Assembly (NCBI RefSeq): GCF_009914755.1
Contig: NC_060933.1
Reading direction: 5' to 3' (one strand)
Length of the DNA: 64,000 bases
DNA from: the human T2T-CHM13v2.0 reference genome, Homo sapiens
A program made the translations under genes and the position numbers. The notes below the pieces were generated by a model, which was given only the letters and a program-made list of their open reading frames with translations, had not been told where the DNA came from and searched no databases. Of the stretch, positions 1-59,027 are shown piece after piece. Position 1 is the first letter of the stretch. Each line of letters begins with the position of its first letter.

Positions 1-2022
1 CCTGAGGGCACATGGATACCTGGCAGGGCTGGCTCTCCCACCCTCCAAGACACAGAGTCAGTACTGGTTAATGAAGCTAACTTCAACTAGTGGACCATGG
101 GTAGTTTAGAAAAACACATTTCCAACCATCCATCCGCACGCAATGCACCTTTGTCTCTAACATCCTACTGATCTTGGAAAACACAGGCCATCAGAAAGGA
201 TGAGCAGGGGGCTCTGAACTTATTTTAAGATCTCACAATGCCAGCAACGGCTCCTTTGTTGGGATAAGTTTACAGGTATATTTCACAGGACAAAAACGCT
301 TGTAGGAAAAACATGGTTGGGTGTGTGTATACTTTGATGATGAAGATTTCACACCTATCAAGAAGCAACAGATGAGTCTAAGATAAATAGGCTGGACTAT
401 TTTTATTATAAAAAGTAATAGCAAAGGTGGGAGGTTTTTGTGAAAGCCTGCACCTTGATATTGCCAACTTCCAAGGTATTTTTAAGCAAAATGGAAGGGT
501 TTTGTTTTAATCACTTTATTGCCAAGCTGAGTTTTACCCCCATGGTCCCTAGAACCTTCTGAGTGCTTCCCAGTAAAGTTGAAAGATCAAATTTATTCTC
601 TTTGTAGGTAGGTGAACATTCACACACCCAGACATAGCTATATATGTTTTATATACCTAAATATGAAATATACATTTTACAGATGCTTCACTCGCTTTCT
701 TTCTGTTCACAGAAGCCCAAAAATGTATGTGCCAAAGGGACATTTACCATGGGCTTCAATCACGCTGGGTGAAGGAGAGGGGCACTGTAATGAGGTGTCT
801 GGCTATCTGAACGAAAGGCCTAGCTACTGAACCCACATTTACATGCCTGGCATTAGTTCACATGCTAGAGAACTGCTCAAATTGAGGACAGCAATTAAGA
901 CACACGTTATTTCTTACGCATAACAGATTTAAAAGTTGTATCCAGCATCTACTTTATTCTTCTTACTACTGACATGAATCACACATAAAATACTCTCTCG
1001 GGTTGTGTATATCTATGTGATAATTAGTAACACAGTCAATTTAGTTTAGTTTTTCTTTTTCCTCTGAATTCAAGTTAAACTTGGCTCAGCAAGCCAGGTC
1101 TTCACCAACATGACACCTACAACGTAGGATGGTTAATTTAGCTTTCTAAGTTAACCAGTTATATCATGAAAGCCCAAACTTACTCAGCTTTTCTTAAAAA
1201 AAAAAAAAAAAATCACCAAACCTTAAAAATATCCAAGCATTCACTACTGTCTATCAAGGTAGGAGCTGGGGCTGAGATCATGAGACAGAGTTTCTAGACC
1301 TAAGAATCTATGAGGTCTGGAACTCTACAGGGCACTTTATACCTCGTTTTATTTAAATCTCACAGCAATTGTATGTTTTACAGATGGGAAAACTGAGACT
1401 GGGGAGAAGATAATCTGCCTGAGATTGCAGAGCTAACAGCTGGGAAGCAAGGATTCAAACTCAAACTCATATCTATCTGGGACCTGGCTCTTACTCATGA
1501 AGTTAGAGCCACTCCTCAAGTCTCAGGAAGTCCTTGAGGCTGGCCTCAAGCCAGGGAAAGTCTTAAGGAGAAGAATTTATGCTGCAAGGCCACAGAAGGG
1601 CAGATGCTACCAAAAAAAAACGACTGTAGCTTGTTGCTGACAGAGTGGAGGGAGATGCAGCTGCTCCGCTCCTTCTCTGGGGACGTGTCCTTCAGGAGAG
1701 GCTTCCTGCCCTTCTACAGCTTCCCTGCGTTGCGCAGACACACAGTGATCAACTCCCTGGAGAGAAATGATCTGCACTCGGGGATAAAGACTGACACCAA
1801 TGCCAGGCCCAGAAAGAGTATACCTGAGACGACGTTTGATCAAACTTACTATCTCATTGTGTAATTGTACTACTTGCCTTTATTTCTAGAGAGCTGGCAG
1901 ATGCTAATGTTCCACTTATTATGATACAGCAAAAAAGGGCACTGGGATTCATGTCCCTGAGTCTGGGCTTTAATTCCACATCTGCTACTAACTTGTATGA
2001 CTACAAATAATCCTGATAGTTA

Positions 2023-2352
<330 letters not shown>

Positions 2353-2474
2353 CTATGTTTTATACTTGGGACTCCAGGACTATTTCCCACACAATCCTCT
2401 GACGTCCTTAAAAGAACACTATTTTATCTCAACTTTACGTGCGAAGAAACTGAGGCTTAGAAAGGTCCAGTCCA

Positions 2475-2791
<317 letters not shown>

Positions 2792-3083
2792 AGAAAGGTC
2801 CGATCACAGGCTGGTGACAGATGAGGAACGTGACCCTGAGGCGTGCTCTTAGCCACTCTGCTACACTGCCTCTCCGAAAAGAAACTAAGGCTTAGAGAGG
2901 TCCAGTCCCTGCCCAAGGTCACACACTGGTGACAGATGAGGAACATGACCCTAAGGCCATGCTCTTAGCCACTCTGCTACACTGCCTCCTCCAACAGATC
3001 CACATCTGCTCCCTGCTGATCCCACAGAGCTGCCCTGGAGCCATAATGAAGTATCTGGGGGAACATTAAAAAAGAAACCAAAA

Positions 3084-3390
3084 GGCCGGCTACGGTGGCT
3101 CACACCTGTAATCCCAGCACTTTGGGAGACCAAGGCGGGTGAATCATGGGGTCAGGAGTTCGAGACCAGCCTGACCAACATGGTGAAACCCTGTCTCTAC
3201 TAAAAATACGAAAAAATTAGCTGGGCGTGGTGGCATGTGCCTGTAGTCCCAGCTGCTCAAGAGGCTGAGGCAGAAGAATCACTCGAACCTGGGAGGCAGG
3301 GGTTGCAGTGAGCCAAGATCGCGCCATTGCACTCCAGCATGGGCGACAGAGCGAGACTCCGTCTCAAAAAAAAAAAAAAAAAAAAAAAAG
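3084..3390 (+). mobile_element. Alu (AluS-like)
   Basis: Full Alu; TSD aagaaaccaaaa. Confidence 0.95.
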
Positions 3391-4443
3391 AAGAAACCAA
3401 AAAAGCCCCTTAACTAGAATTTATGATAGTTCCAAAAGAACGGAAGTGTGCCAAGACCAATGAAGATCTGTCTGGTCACAGGTCAACACCCCTAATAACA
3501 AACTTAATAAAGGGTGGTCCAGAGGCTTACGAGTCTTATATGAAGTACTGACTTGCTTAAAGTAACCTGATGACCAATGGAGTCTTTAACAGCTTTTATT
3601 GTTCACAGGGATCTTTGCTGTGGTTGATCAAATTTCACCTCTAAATATGACTAACATTTCCTTATTTAGAAAAAGACTCAATTATCTTGGTTTAGTTAAT
3701 ACTAATAAAGGCATATTGGTATACAGTTAAATATATGTGCTTTGAAGTTAAGACTTCAAATCCCAGAATGACTAAAGCATATTAGTGTGCCCCTGTGAAA
3801 GTTCCTTTATCTCTCTAAGTCTCAGTTTCCTCATCTATAAATTGGGGCCATCACCAACTTCTCGGATTGCTATAAGATTAAATGGGACCGTGCACATAAA
3901 GAGTGTAGCACAGTCCTAGGTTGGGAACACACACTTTGCTAATAGAGGCTATGGCTATCTCCTCTCCTGGTATTACATACATTTCCTTAGATGCTCTCTA
4001 AAACAAGAGAATTTAAGTCAGGCTCAGTGAAACGGGGTCCCTCCCTGCTCAGGGAGAATAATGATCCAAATACAGGCACATGCTAAAGCATGAAAGAAAC
4101 TCTTAAGCTTGATCTATCTGGCCCTGATTTTCCAGTTCATCCTCAGGCATACAAAAACAAATGTAAAATATTCAAGTGATTAATATCTCATAGACAAAAT
4201 TACATACAGCAACACTGCACCCACACACGGGAATACTGAGTAAGGGGGTGGGGTGGGGTGAGGGAATAATGGTCTAGTCGGGTGCAGCCTTAAGAGAAGG
4301 AGCAGGAAAGGGTGTCCAGGGCTGCCTGCACCTGCTCAGAATCTCCATATGGAACTGCATGGATAATAAAAATTTTTCTTCTTAATGATCTCAACTTTAC
4401 TCTTCCTCTGTGGATAGCACACACACATTAAAAAATGGATGAA

Positions 4444-4656
4444 CTAACTGTGTCTGAAAGGAGACACAGAGATACTTATTTCTTCCATGCTGTCTGGGAT
4501 AGGCAGGTCTAGGCAGCCGTCCTTGCTGAGAATCTGGACAGGGACCACCGGGGCTGAGCGTGTGGCACTGCCTCCAGACTCATTCTGGCCTGGACCTCCT
4601 TTCTGGGGAGCCTGCTGCTGTCTGGCAGGCTTCCAGAATGGACCATAGCCCACTCG
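4444..4656 (-). CDS. DDX31: Candidate DDX31 alternative last coding exon (RVGYGPFWKP...PFRHS*)
   Basis: Poly-T tract and AG-free zone, then catctag|CGA; open for 70 codons in phase 0, matching the exon 17 donor. Confidence 0.5.
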   Translation of the reverse strand, partial: RVGYGPFWKPARQQQAPQKGGPGQNESGGSATRSAPVVPVQILSKDGCLDLPIPDSMEEISISVSPFRHS

Positions 4657-4859
4657 CTAGATGAGAGTGGCAAACGCATCCAGAAGCAAAGACGAGGAAA
4701 AAAAAAAAACAATCAAGATTTGGCCTCATCTAATGTTCATGGTTCTTAAAATGAATGTATTGCTTGACAGAGGAAGTAACCCATACACAAAGTCTCTACT
4801 ACCCCAAATCAAGTGAGTCACATCTGTTGGCAGCGAGCACAATAAATAACAAAACTCAC

Positions 4860-49469
<44,610 letters not shown>

Positions 49470-49818
49470 CTCACCGACGAGCCTCCCCTTTACCGCCCCG
49501 TGCGTTTCCTCAGCACTTTAGGAACTAAAGCCTGTCTGGGTAGCTCCCTAACAGGCTCTGGAGCTCAATCCCTGGGCAGGGAAAAGGGGGTCCTCGGGGC
49601 TCCCCGCTCGCTGTCCTTTTTCTGGACAGGCAGTTCCTTGGCCACCTGGTAGGGCCGCGTTGCCTGGCAACGGCGGGGTCCTTCTTGGCTCGGCGGCGCT
49701 CGGGGCCTGAGGGGAGAAAACCGCCGCGGAGGGCGCTGGGGGTGGCGGCGGCGGTCCGGGAGGTGGTCGCGCGACTGCGTGGAGCGCCAGGGCGTCCGAC
49801 CTCTGCACCTGAGAGAAG

Positions 49819-50175
49819 ATGAACACGGCCGACCAGGCCCGGGTGGGGCCCGCGGACGACGGGCCTGCGCCGTCTGGGGAGGAGGAGGGAGAGGGGGGCG
49901 GCGAGGCGGGCGGGAAGGAGCCAGCAGCGGACGCGGCCCCGGGGCCCAGCGCTGCATTCCGCCTCATGGTGACTCGGCGGGAGCCGGCCGTGAAGCTGCA
50001 GTATGCGGTGAGCGGCCTGGAACCGCTGGCTTGGTCCGAGGACCACCGCGTGTCTGTGTCCACGGCCCGCAGCATCGCTGTGCTGGAGCTCATCTGCGAC
50101 GTGCACAACCCGGGCCAGGACCTGGTTATCCACCGCACCTCGGTGCCCGCACCGCTCAACAGCTGTCTCCTCAAA
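49819..50175 (+). CDS. GTF3C4: GTF3C4 (TFIIIC90) exon 1 coding part (MNTADQARVG...NSCLLK)
   Basis: ATG at 49819; donor AAA|gtaagt; 357 nt, phase 0; sequence recognised as human GTF3C4. Confidence 0.95.
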
Positions 50176-52124
50176 GTAAGTCATCCCCCGCCATCCCTGG
50201 GGTCTTCCCCTGTCCCCCTCTCGCGGCCGCATCATCCGTCCCAGGGGAATCCGATCCCACACTCTGTCCGGGGATTTCCCTCTTCGCACCGAGCGCTGGG
50301 GATTTATTAAGCAGCCAGGGTTACCACAGCTTAAAAAAAAAAAAAGAAAAGCTCTGCAGCTGTCTGCACCCTGTTTCCCCAGGTCACCCGCCGCCGCAAA
50401 CACAGGTACACACCCAGGGGGCTTCCCGGAGTTGAGTCCCAGGAACCCCTCCTTCGCCCCTCCGTCGGGCCCGCACATGGAGCGGGTTACTCGATGGTGC
50501 TTTCTGAGACTCCACCCCCTGTAGATCCAACCCGGGGCCTGCCTCTGTCGTTGCTGCTATTGTTTGGGGCCGACTTTCCGAGGTTCTTGGCTGGCTTTGT
50601 CTACTGTGTGTGTCCTCCTCTCGCGCCTCTTTAGCTTCAGAAAAGAAAAACTGGTCCCATCCATTGTCTTAATTGTTTCAGTGACTTTATTATGAATGGT
50701 CCTCGCCTCTCCTTGGGCAAACGGGTAAATACTGGATCTCGGGGTTTGTACTTTAGTTTTTCTTTACTAGCTAAACATCTTTGGGATGTTGAATGAAAAT
50801 AAAGATTCGAAACAACTGCCTATCTTAAACTTCAAGCGCAAGGTCAAGTAGTAAGCCATAGCGTTCCTTTTAGTTGCTTAGAGGTGTAAAAACTTTCCAT
50901 ATATCCTTGATAGAGGTGTACGCTTACATGTGATCTGTCAAAGTGTATATTCATACATTCAATAGATATTTGAATACCATTCTGCTTGGTGCTGCCCCAT
51001 GTTCTGGAAATAAAGCAGTGTACAAAACAGAACCCCTGCCCTCATGAAGCTTACATTCTTTGGCAAGTCAAGCACAAATGATAAGGTCCTGTCAGGTAGT
51101 GATAAGCACTGTAAAGATGTGTATCCGCACATAGAGAACATGTTTATGTGTTCGTAAACTCTTATTTTGGAAAACCATTGAAAATATGAGTCATTAGCTA
51201 TAGGTAGGGTGCAGATAACCCTCATCACTTTGTAGCATACTTAATTCAAGTTTCAAACATCTTTCTGTTGTTAGATTGTTAGTCAGCTTGTATGACTAAG
51301 CTTCCTCTAAGATCTTCTTGAAGAAGATATGAACACATTTGTTCAAGTGTAAACAAATCAGATAGACAGATGCAACCCTATGAAATTGAGAAATACAAAA
51401 GGAGGGAGGCAGAAGAAAGGTGATTTAAAAGGTGTATCTTCTGCTGTAAAGGAACTTAACTGTTTCCAAGGATGTTCATCCGCACAGCAACTCAAGGAAA
51501 GTATGTATGTCAGTATAGTAGACATCGAATACCTTAGCAGAGAGAATGTAAAGAAAGGAGGGAATAGTAAGGGGAGAGACTTATGGGGCAGGTCATCTGG
51601 TGGTGAATCTGCAGCAGTCCTAAAGAAGGTAGTGTTTGGTTTGTAAGAGGAAGGAAGGAAAGGGCATTCCAGGTGGCAGGAATGAGGCATTCATCCCATG
51701 TGCATACACGTTTAAGTCATGAACATAATTAATTATTGTTTGTATAATGACGGATCAGTACATGAGCTCAAGTAGGTCTTCTAGAGAGTCCGAGAAAGTA
51801 AGATGAGACCAGTTTGTGGACTTGGAAGGTCGGTATGAGGAAGTTGGCTTCAATCTAGGAAGTCTTTAAGATGCTGTTACAGTTTCATTAGCATAGAGTG
51901 ACCTGCTGTGGTTCAGGAACATTACTGGATAGAGGCAAGAAGATGATTGTTGTGATCAGTGTAAAATAAAAGTGAAGAGACTGGGCTTTGGCACAAGATA
52001 GGCCTATCTATAAAAGGGGGATAATGAAGCGTTGTTTAGGTTTTTTGGAAGATTAAACACACATAATCACTTGGCCCAGTTCTTGGCACGCTGTAAATGC
52101 TCAAGGTGAAAATATAATGAGTTG

Positions 52125-52417
52125 GGCCGGGCGCGGTGGCTCACGCCTGTAATCCCAGCACTTTGGGAGGCCGAGGCGAGCGGATCACGAGGTCAGGAGA
52201 TCGAGACCATCCTGGCTAACACAGTGAAACCCCGTTTCTACTAAAAATACAAAAAATTAGCCGGGCGTGGTGGCGGGCGCCTGTAGTCCTAGCTACTGGG
52301 AGGCTGAGGCAGGAGAATGGCGTGAATCCGGGAGGCGGAGCTTGCTATGAGCCAAGATTGCGCCACTGTACTCCAGCCTGGGCGACAGAGCCAGACTCCG
52401 TCTCAAAAAAAAAGAAA
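52125..52417 (+). mobile_element. AluY
   Basis: Near-consensus AluY; TSD gaaaatataatg. Confidence 0.96.
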
Positions 52418-53388
52418 GAAAATATAATGCAGTTATACGGGTATGAAGGAGTAGGAGTCTGGATTAATGTCGTGGTTGTGGACATGAGTATTCTGATAAA
52501 ATTTTGACTGTCATTTTGCCTCAGTTAACATTTACCACAACTGCTAACTAGTAACAGGAAATCCTTATATAGCCCTCTTATAGTTGACAAATGGCTTCTA
52601 TGAAATTAATTAGTAACATCTTCCCCTTCTGTACTGTTGTTTTTTTTTTTAATATGCACATCACATAAACCATCAGTCATTTAGCAGTCTTTTTAGACTG
52701 ATTGAAGTGAATGAATGCTGAGTTGACCCTGCAGTTCTACAAGAGCCCTCTGTGGGTTAAAACTGGTGTGACGGTAGGAATGTAAAGAAGTCTGTGTCAG
52801 CACTTTGATGACTCCACCCATTGGCAGTCTGTGGATTTAAATCTGCTCGGTGCCGTGCAGCATGCCTTCGCACTAACCTAAATGGTGGACAGTCTGCAGC
52901 GCAGATGACAGTTTTAGTGTAGCACTGTTAGAAAGCTAGGTACTAAACACCTTTGAAGCTTTTGCTCTATAATTCTGTTATTTAGATTATGAATTTGCAG
53001 GAAAATCTGCAGTTATGTAATAGTTCAGACATTAATTATCAGCTGTTTTATAAGATTGTATGATATAAAGGTGGACCGTATAAATCTGAAAAGCAATGAA
53101 ATAGTGATTTAAGAATGTCAGAATTGTTTTTCCCATTGGACTACTGATTTAGTGACTCATCTAGTGAGACATTTGTGTATAGTTCCAAATTCTGATAATA
53201 TTTGTGTACCGAATTGTATTGTGCATCAATTGTTAGGAGCCTTAGAAAGTATTAACTTCATCTGCTACATTAAGTTAAATAACTGTTGCCTGTCTTTGGA
53301 CTCTATTACCTGTCCTCAAGAAGCTTACTGTCTAAAAGCTTCAAGTGAATTTTTGTCAGGTGCTTACAAAATGCCTAACAGTTAGTAT

Positions 53389-53450
53389 TAAAAGTATTTG
53401 CCATTAAAAGTGATGGTGAAAACCGCAATTACTTTTGCACCAACCTAATA
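53389..53450. mobile_element. Partial MADE1 (mariner MITE)
   Basis: Right TIR aaaaccgcaattacttttgcaccaacctaa followed by TA; left TIR truncated. Confidence 0.85.
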
Positions 53451-53970
53451 GTGGTCAACTGGAAACTGGATGGTGTACAATTAAATGATTGGCTGCGGGC
53501 AGGCCTCTGGGAGCTGGACTTTTTAAGTATACTCCTTGGGCATCTGAATACTTGATTTGTTAACAGTTTTGTGATAGGGAGAGTTGGAGGGAGGTTCAGT
53601 AGTCTAGTTGAAACATATGTCAGAAATTGCTACACAAAACCCTAAGACTTTTTCCTACCAGTCAAGATCTGTACTGCTCTCCATCCTGTCAAGAATTCTT
53701 CCCACAATGAGTAGGACCAAGGGTTGCTTAAGCTTCCTTTATTTCATCCCGTGCTGCTGCTTTGGGTTACCAATCCTGTGAGTTTACTTCTACAGTAGCT
53801 TTTATTTGTAGCAAATTTAACCTATTCTAAGGAGTATTGCTTAGTTCACAGTATTAAAGGATTTGATGAACAATTTTATATCTACCTTTCATTTGGTACA
53901 CAACTTTATGTCTACCTTGCATTTTTGCGTACTTTTATTAGCATTAAATATCTTATTAACATTTACTTAA

Positions 53971-54250
53971 GGCTGAGTGCTGTGGCTCACACCTGTAATC
54001 CCAACACTTTGGAAGGCCAAGGCCGGAGGATCGCTTGAGCCCAGGAGTTAAAGACCAGCCTGGGCAACAGAGAGAGACCGCATCTCTACAAAAAATTTTA
54101 AAAATTAGCCAGGCATGGTGGTGTGCACCTGTGGTCCTAGCTACTCAGGAGGCTGAGGTGAAAGGATCACTTGACCCCGGGAGGTTGAGGCGGCAGTGAG
54201 CTGTAGTCACGCCAGCTGCACTGCAGCCAGGCTGACAGAGGAATCTCAAA
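53971..54250 (+). mobile_element. Alu (AluJ-like)
   Basis: Alu sequence with short tail. Confidence 0.92.
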
Positions 54251-55060
54251 AGTTTTTTTTTTAACTTAGTCCTCAGAGTATATTAACAATTATCATAGGT
54301 AACTTTATTGAGCGCTTAATATATGCTTTGATATATTGACTTATTTAACCTTCCTAACTTTCTGGGACATGTATTAGTCTCATTTATAAATGAGGAAATT
54401 AAGGTCAGAAGGTTTAAGCAATTTGCGCACACAGAGCTGGTATGTAGCAGAGCCAGCATTTGAACCCAGGTAGTCTGGCGTCATAGCACAGATTTTCAGT
54501 TATTATGTTGTGCTTCATTATGTCATCTCACAAATTTCATCTGCCTGTAGAAAGCACCGGGCTTTGATTAGCATTGTTTTATTTCCAAGCCAGCCACCTA
54601 CACCTCGTTTAATTGGCATTTTCAGTCTATGATTCTCCAGCAAGTTTCATAGTGTATCCAAGAGACTACTTTAAAATGCCTTCCTAAAATCAAGATACAC
54701 TGCCTAAAACACCATTCCCAAAGTATTCCACATACTTTTGGATAATAAAGGGTAATAACTGCCTCCCTCACCTCCAAAAAAAAGGCTCTGTTGTTTAAAA
54801 AGGCAAAAAAGTTTGGCTTCCTGTGGCTCAGTAGGTCTTTATAGTAGTTCCCTGGCCGAGGCATTTAGTGTCCTCGTGTCACTTTTCAAGGGAGAACGAC
54901 ATATAAATATAGTATTTCCAAAGCTTGTTTGGCCATAGAACTATTTTTCAAGGGACAATTAAAGGGAGTAGTGTACTGTGAAACACACTGTAGGAAAAGT
55001 TAGTTCTCTATTTTGTGGACAATTTTCTATTTACATTTCATTTTATTTGCTTATCTATGA

Positions 55061-55935
<875 letters not shown>

Positions 55936-56343
55936 TGAGTTAATGTCTTCCAAGTGCTTTCTGTGTCCTGGAGGGTAATTCCTCTAGGCTTGAACATTTA
56001 AACTCATTCAAGTGACTTTTATTATATCCATGTGTGTCTTAGGCTGGAATTTCCTTTTAATCATGTTCTACCCTTTCCAGTTTAAAGAGCAGCCTCTTTG
56101 AAAAAGGAAATTGACACTAAAAAATAATTGAAGCATTCTTTTTCTTTTATCCATTTCTCTAAAGACAGTGGATAAAGTCCTTCCTTCTTCCTGCTTTCAA
56201 CATAACAAAACATCTTTTGGCTAGTCTCTGCTCTTTTTGGCTTTAGCTTTCCTGTTTTTTTATGGTTCTGAACCACTTTCTTTTGGTCATTTATCTCTTC
56301 CTCCATCTTTGATGTCCCTTTAAAGTCTTATTAAAGAGCTCAC

Positions 56344-56624
56344 AGCTGGGCACGGTGGCTCACACCTGTAATCCCAGCACTTTGGGAGGCCGAGGCAGGT
56401 GGATCACTTGAGGTCAGGAGTTCAAGACCAGCCTGACCAACATGGTGAAACCCTGTCTCTACTAAAAATACAAAAATTAGCTGGGTGTGGTGGTGCACGC
56501 TTGTAATCCCAGCCACTTGGGAGGCTAAGGCAGGATAATCACTTGAACCCTGGAGGTGGGGTTTGCGGTGAGCCGAGATTGTGCCACTGCACTCCAGCCC
56601 GGGCGACAGAATGAGACTCTGTCT
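56344..56624 (+). mobile_element. Alu lacking a poly-A tail
   Basis: Alu body ends at gagactctgtct with no A-tail. Confidence 0.93.
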
Positions 56625-57200
56625 TACTGTCCCATACATGTTACGAACTTGGAGGAGGGAGAGATGAATGAAAGCTTGAATGACCTCAAAAGGCCTTATA
56701 GGGAGAATTAGATCTGGTAGGATAGATGGGATTTACATAGGGAGAAGAACTAGGCAAGGGAGCCGGGGAAAGCTGAGGTGGGAATGTTCAGGAATGGCAA
56801 CTAGAATAGTCTGATTAGAGTGAACATTATTCTATAGAAACAGTAAACAAAGCAGTTGGAGTTGGCTCTCGCCATTATTTGTCAATGAAATTTCAGATAA
56901 AGGACCTAAAGCTGGCATTTGTATTGCAAAGATGTTGTAAAAATCTAAATATCAATTTGTATCAAAGATATATATAGATACATATTTTCATAAATTTGTT
57001 AACACCTTTTTTGTTTTGTGACTAGTTCAGGTAAATGCTCTGTTGAATCTTAAGAATCAAGTACATCTCTCTTGCATATATTAATTCTAAGAAGAATATG
57101 GGAACCAGGCTATGAATAATGACATTCTGACTTATTTTAAAAAATTGCCATCTCCTTGAGTAAATGCTCATCTGATAGTTTTTATATCTCTTATTTTCAG

Positions 57201-59027
57201 GTTGGCTCAAAAACAGAAGTTGCTGAGTGCAAGGAGAAATTCGCCGCCTCCAAGGACCCCACGGTCAGTCAGACTTTCATGTTGGATAGGGTGTTCAACC
57301 CTGAGGGGAAGGCTTTACCACCAATGAGAGGATTCAAGTACACCAGCTGGTCTCCCATGGGTTGCGATGCTAATGGCAGGTGCCTCTTGGCAGCACTGAC
57401 CATGGACAATCGCCTGACCATCCAGGCAAATCTCAACAGACTGCAGTGGGTCCAGCTGGTTGACCTGACTGAGATCTATGGAGAACGTCTTTATGAGACC
57501 AGTTACAGGCTCTCTAAAAATGAGGCCCCGGAAGGAAATCTCGGGGATTTTGCTGAGTTTCAGAGGAGACACAGCATGCAGACCCCAGTCAGAATGGAGT
57601 GGTCGGGCATCTGTACCACCCAGCAGGTCAAGCATAACAACGAATGCCGGGACGTTGGCAGTGTGCTCCTGGCTGTCCTCTTTGAAAACGGTAATATCGC
57701 CGTGTGGCAGTTTCAGCTGCCGTTTGTAGGAAAAGAATCCATCTCTTCATGCAACACAATTGAGTCAGGAATCACCTCTCCCAGTGTATTGTTTTGGTGG
57801 GAATATGAGCACAATAATCGAAAAATGAGTGGCCTTATTGTGGGGAGTGCTTTTGGACCCATAAAAATTCTTCCTGTCAATCTCAAAGCAGTCAAAGGCT
57901 ATTTCACTTTAAGGCAGCCTGTTATCTTGTGGAAAGAAATGGACCAGTTACCTGTGCACAGTATCAAATGTGTGCCACTTTATCATCCTTACCAGAAGTG
58001 TAGTTGCAGCTTAGTAGTGGCTGCAAGAGGCTCTTATGTATTTTGGTGTCTTCTTCTGATCTCCAAAGCAGGGCTGAATGTTCACAATTCCCATGTCACA
58101 GGCCTTCACTCACTGCCAATTGTCTCCATGACTGCAGACAAACAGAATGGAACAGTCTATACTTGCTCCAGTGACGGAAAGGTGAGGCAGCTGATTCCCA
58201 TTTTCACAGATGTTGCATTGAAGTTTGAACACCAGTTGATTAAACTCTCAGATGTGTTTGGCTCAGTGAGGACTCACGGGATAGCAGTGAGCCCCTGCGG
58301 TGCATACCTGGCCATCATCACCACTGAGGGCATGATCAACGGCCTCCACCCTGTTAACAAAAACTACCAGGTCCAATTTGTTACTCTCAAAACCTTTGAA
58401 GAAGCAGCTGCTCAGCTCCTGGAATCTTCAGTTCAAAACCTTTTTAAGCAGGTAGATTTAATAGACCTAGTACGCTGGAAGATTTTAAAAGATAAACATA
58501 TCCCTCAATTTTTACAAGAAGCTTTGGAAAAAAAGATTGAAAGCAGTGGAGTCACCTATTTTTGGCGTTTTAAGCTTTTCCTCCTGAGGATTTTATATCA
58601 GTCAATGCAGAAAACCCCTTCAGAAGCCTTGTGGAAACCCACCCATGAGGACTCAAAAATCTTACTAGTGGATTCGCCTGGGATGGGCAATGCTGACGAT
58701 GAACAGCAGGAAGAAGGCACTTCTTCCAAACAGGTGGTGAAGCAAGGCCTGCAGGAGAGGAGCAAGGAAGGAGATGTAGAGGAGCCCACTGATGACTCGC
58801 TCCCCACGACTGGAGATGCTGGAGGCCGTGAGCCAATGGAAGAGAAACTCCTGGAAATCCAAGGGAAAATCGAAGCTGTGGAGATGCACTTGACCAGGGA
58901 ACACATGAAGCGAGTCTTAGGAGAAGTGTATCTGCACACCTGGATCACAGAAAACACTAGCATCCCCACCCGCGGACTCTGTAACTTTTTAATGTCTGAT
59001 GAAGAGTATGATGACAGAACTGCACGG
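57201..59027 (+). CDS. GTF3C4: GTF3C4 exon 2 (VGSKTEVAEC...DDRTAR), 609 codons, beta-propeller-type region plus acidic linker
   Basis: ttttcag|GTT ... CGG|gtaggt; inside the 628-aa ORF 57156..59042; phase 0-0. Confidence 0.96.

Noticed and set aside
49525-50478. 317-aa and other long ORFs overlapping or antisense to GTF3C4 exon 1
   Set aside because: Shadow ORFs expected in very GC-rich CpG-island DNA; low-complexity, no recognisable domain.
53389-53450. Possible miR-548-like hairpin from MADE1
   Set aside because: The left inverted repeat is truncated, so a full pre-miRNA stem cannot form.
57156-57200. N-terminal MSKCSSDSFYISYFQ of the 628-aa ORF as a separate gene start
   Set aside because: Non-ATG start within the intronic polypyrimidine tract; the true exon begins at 57201.
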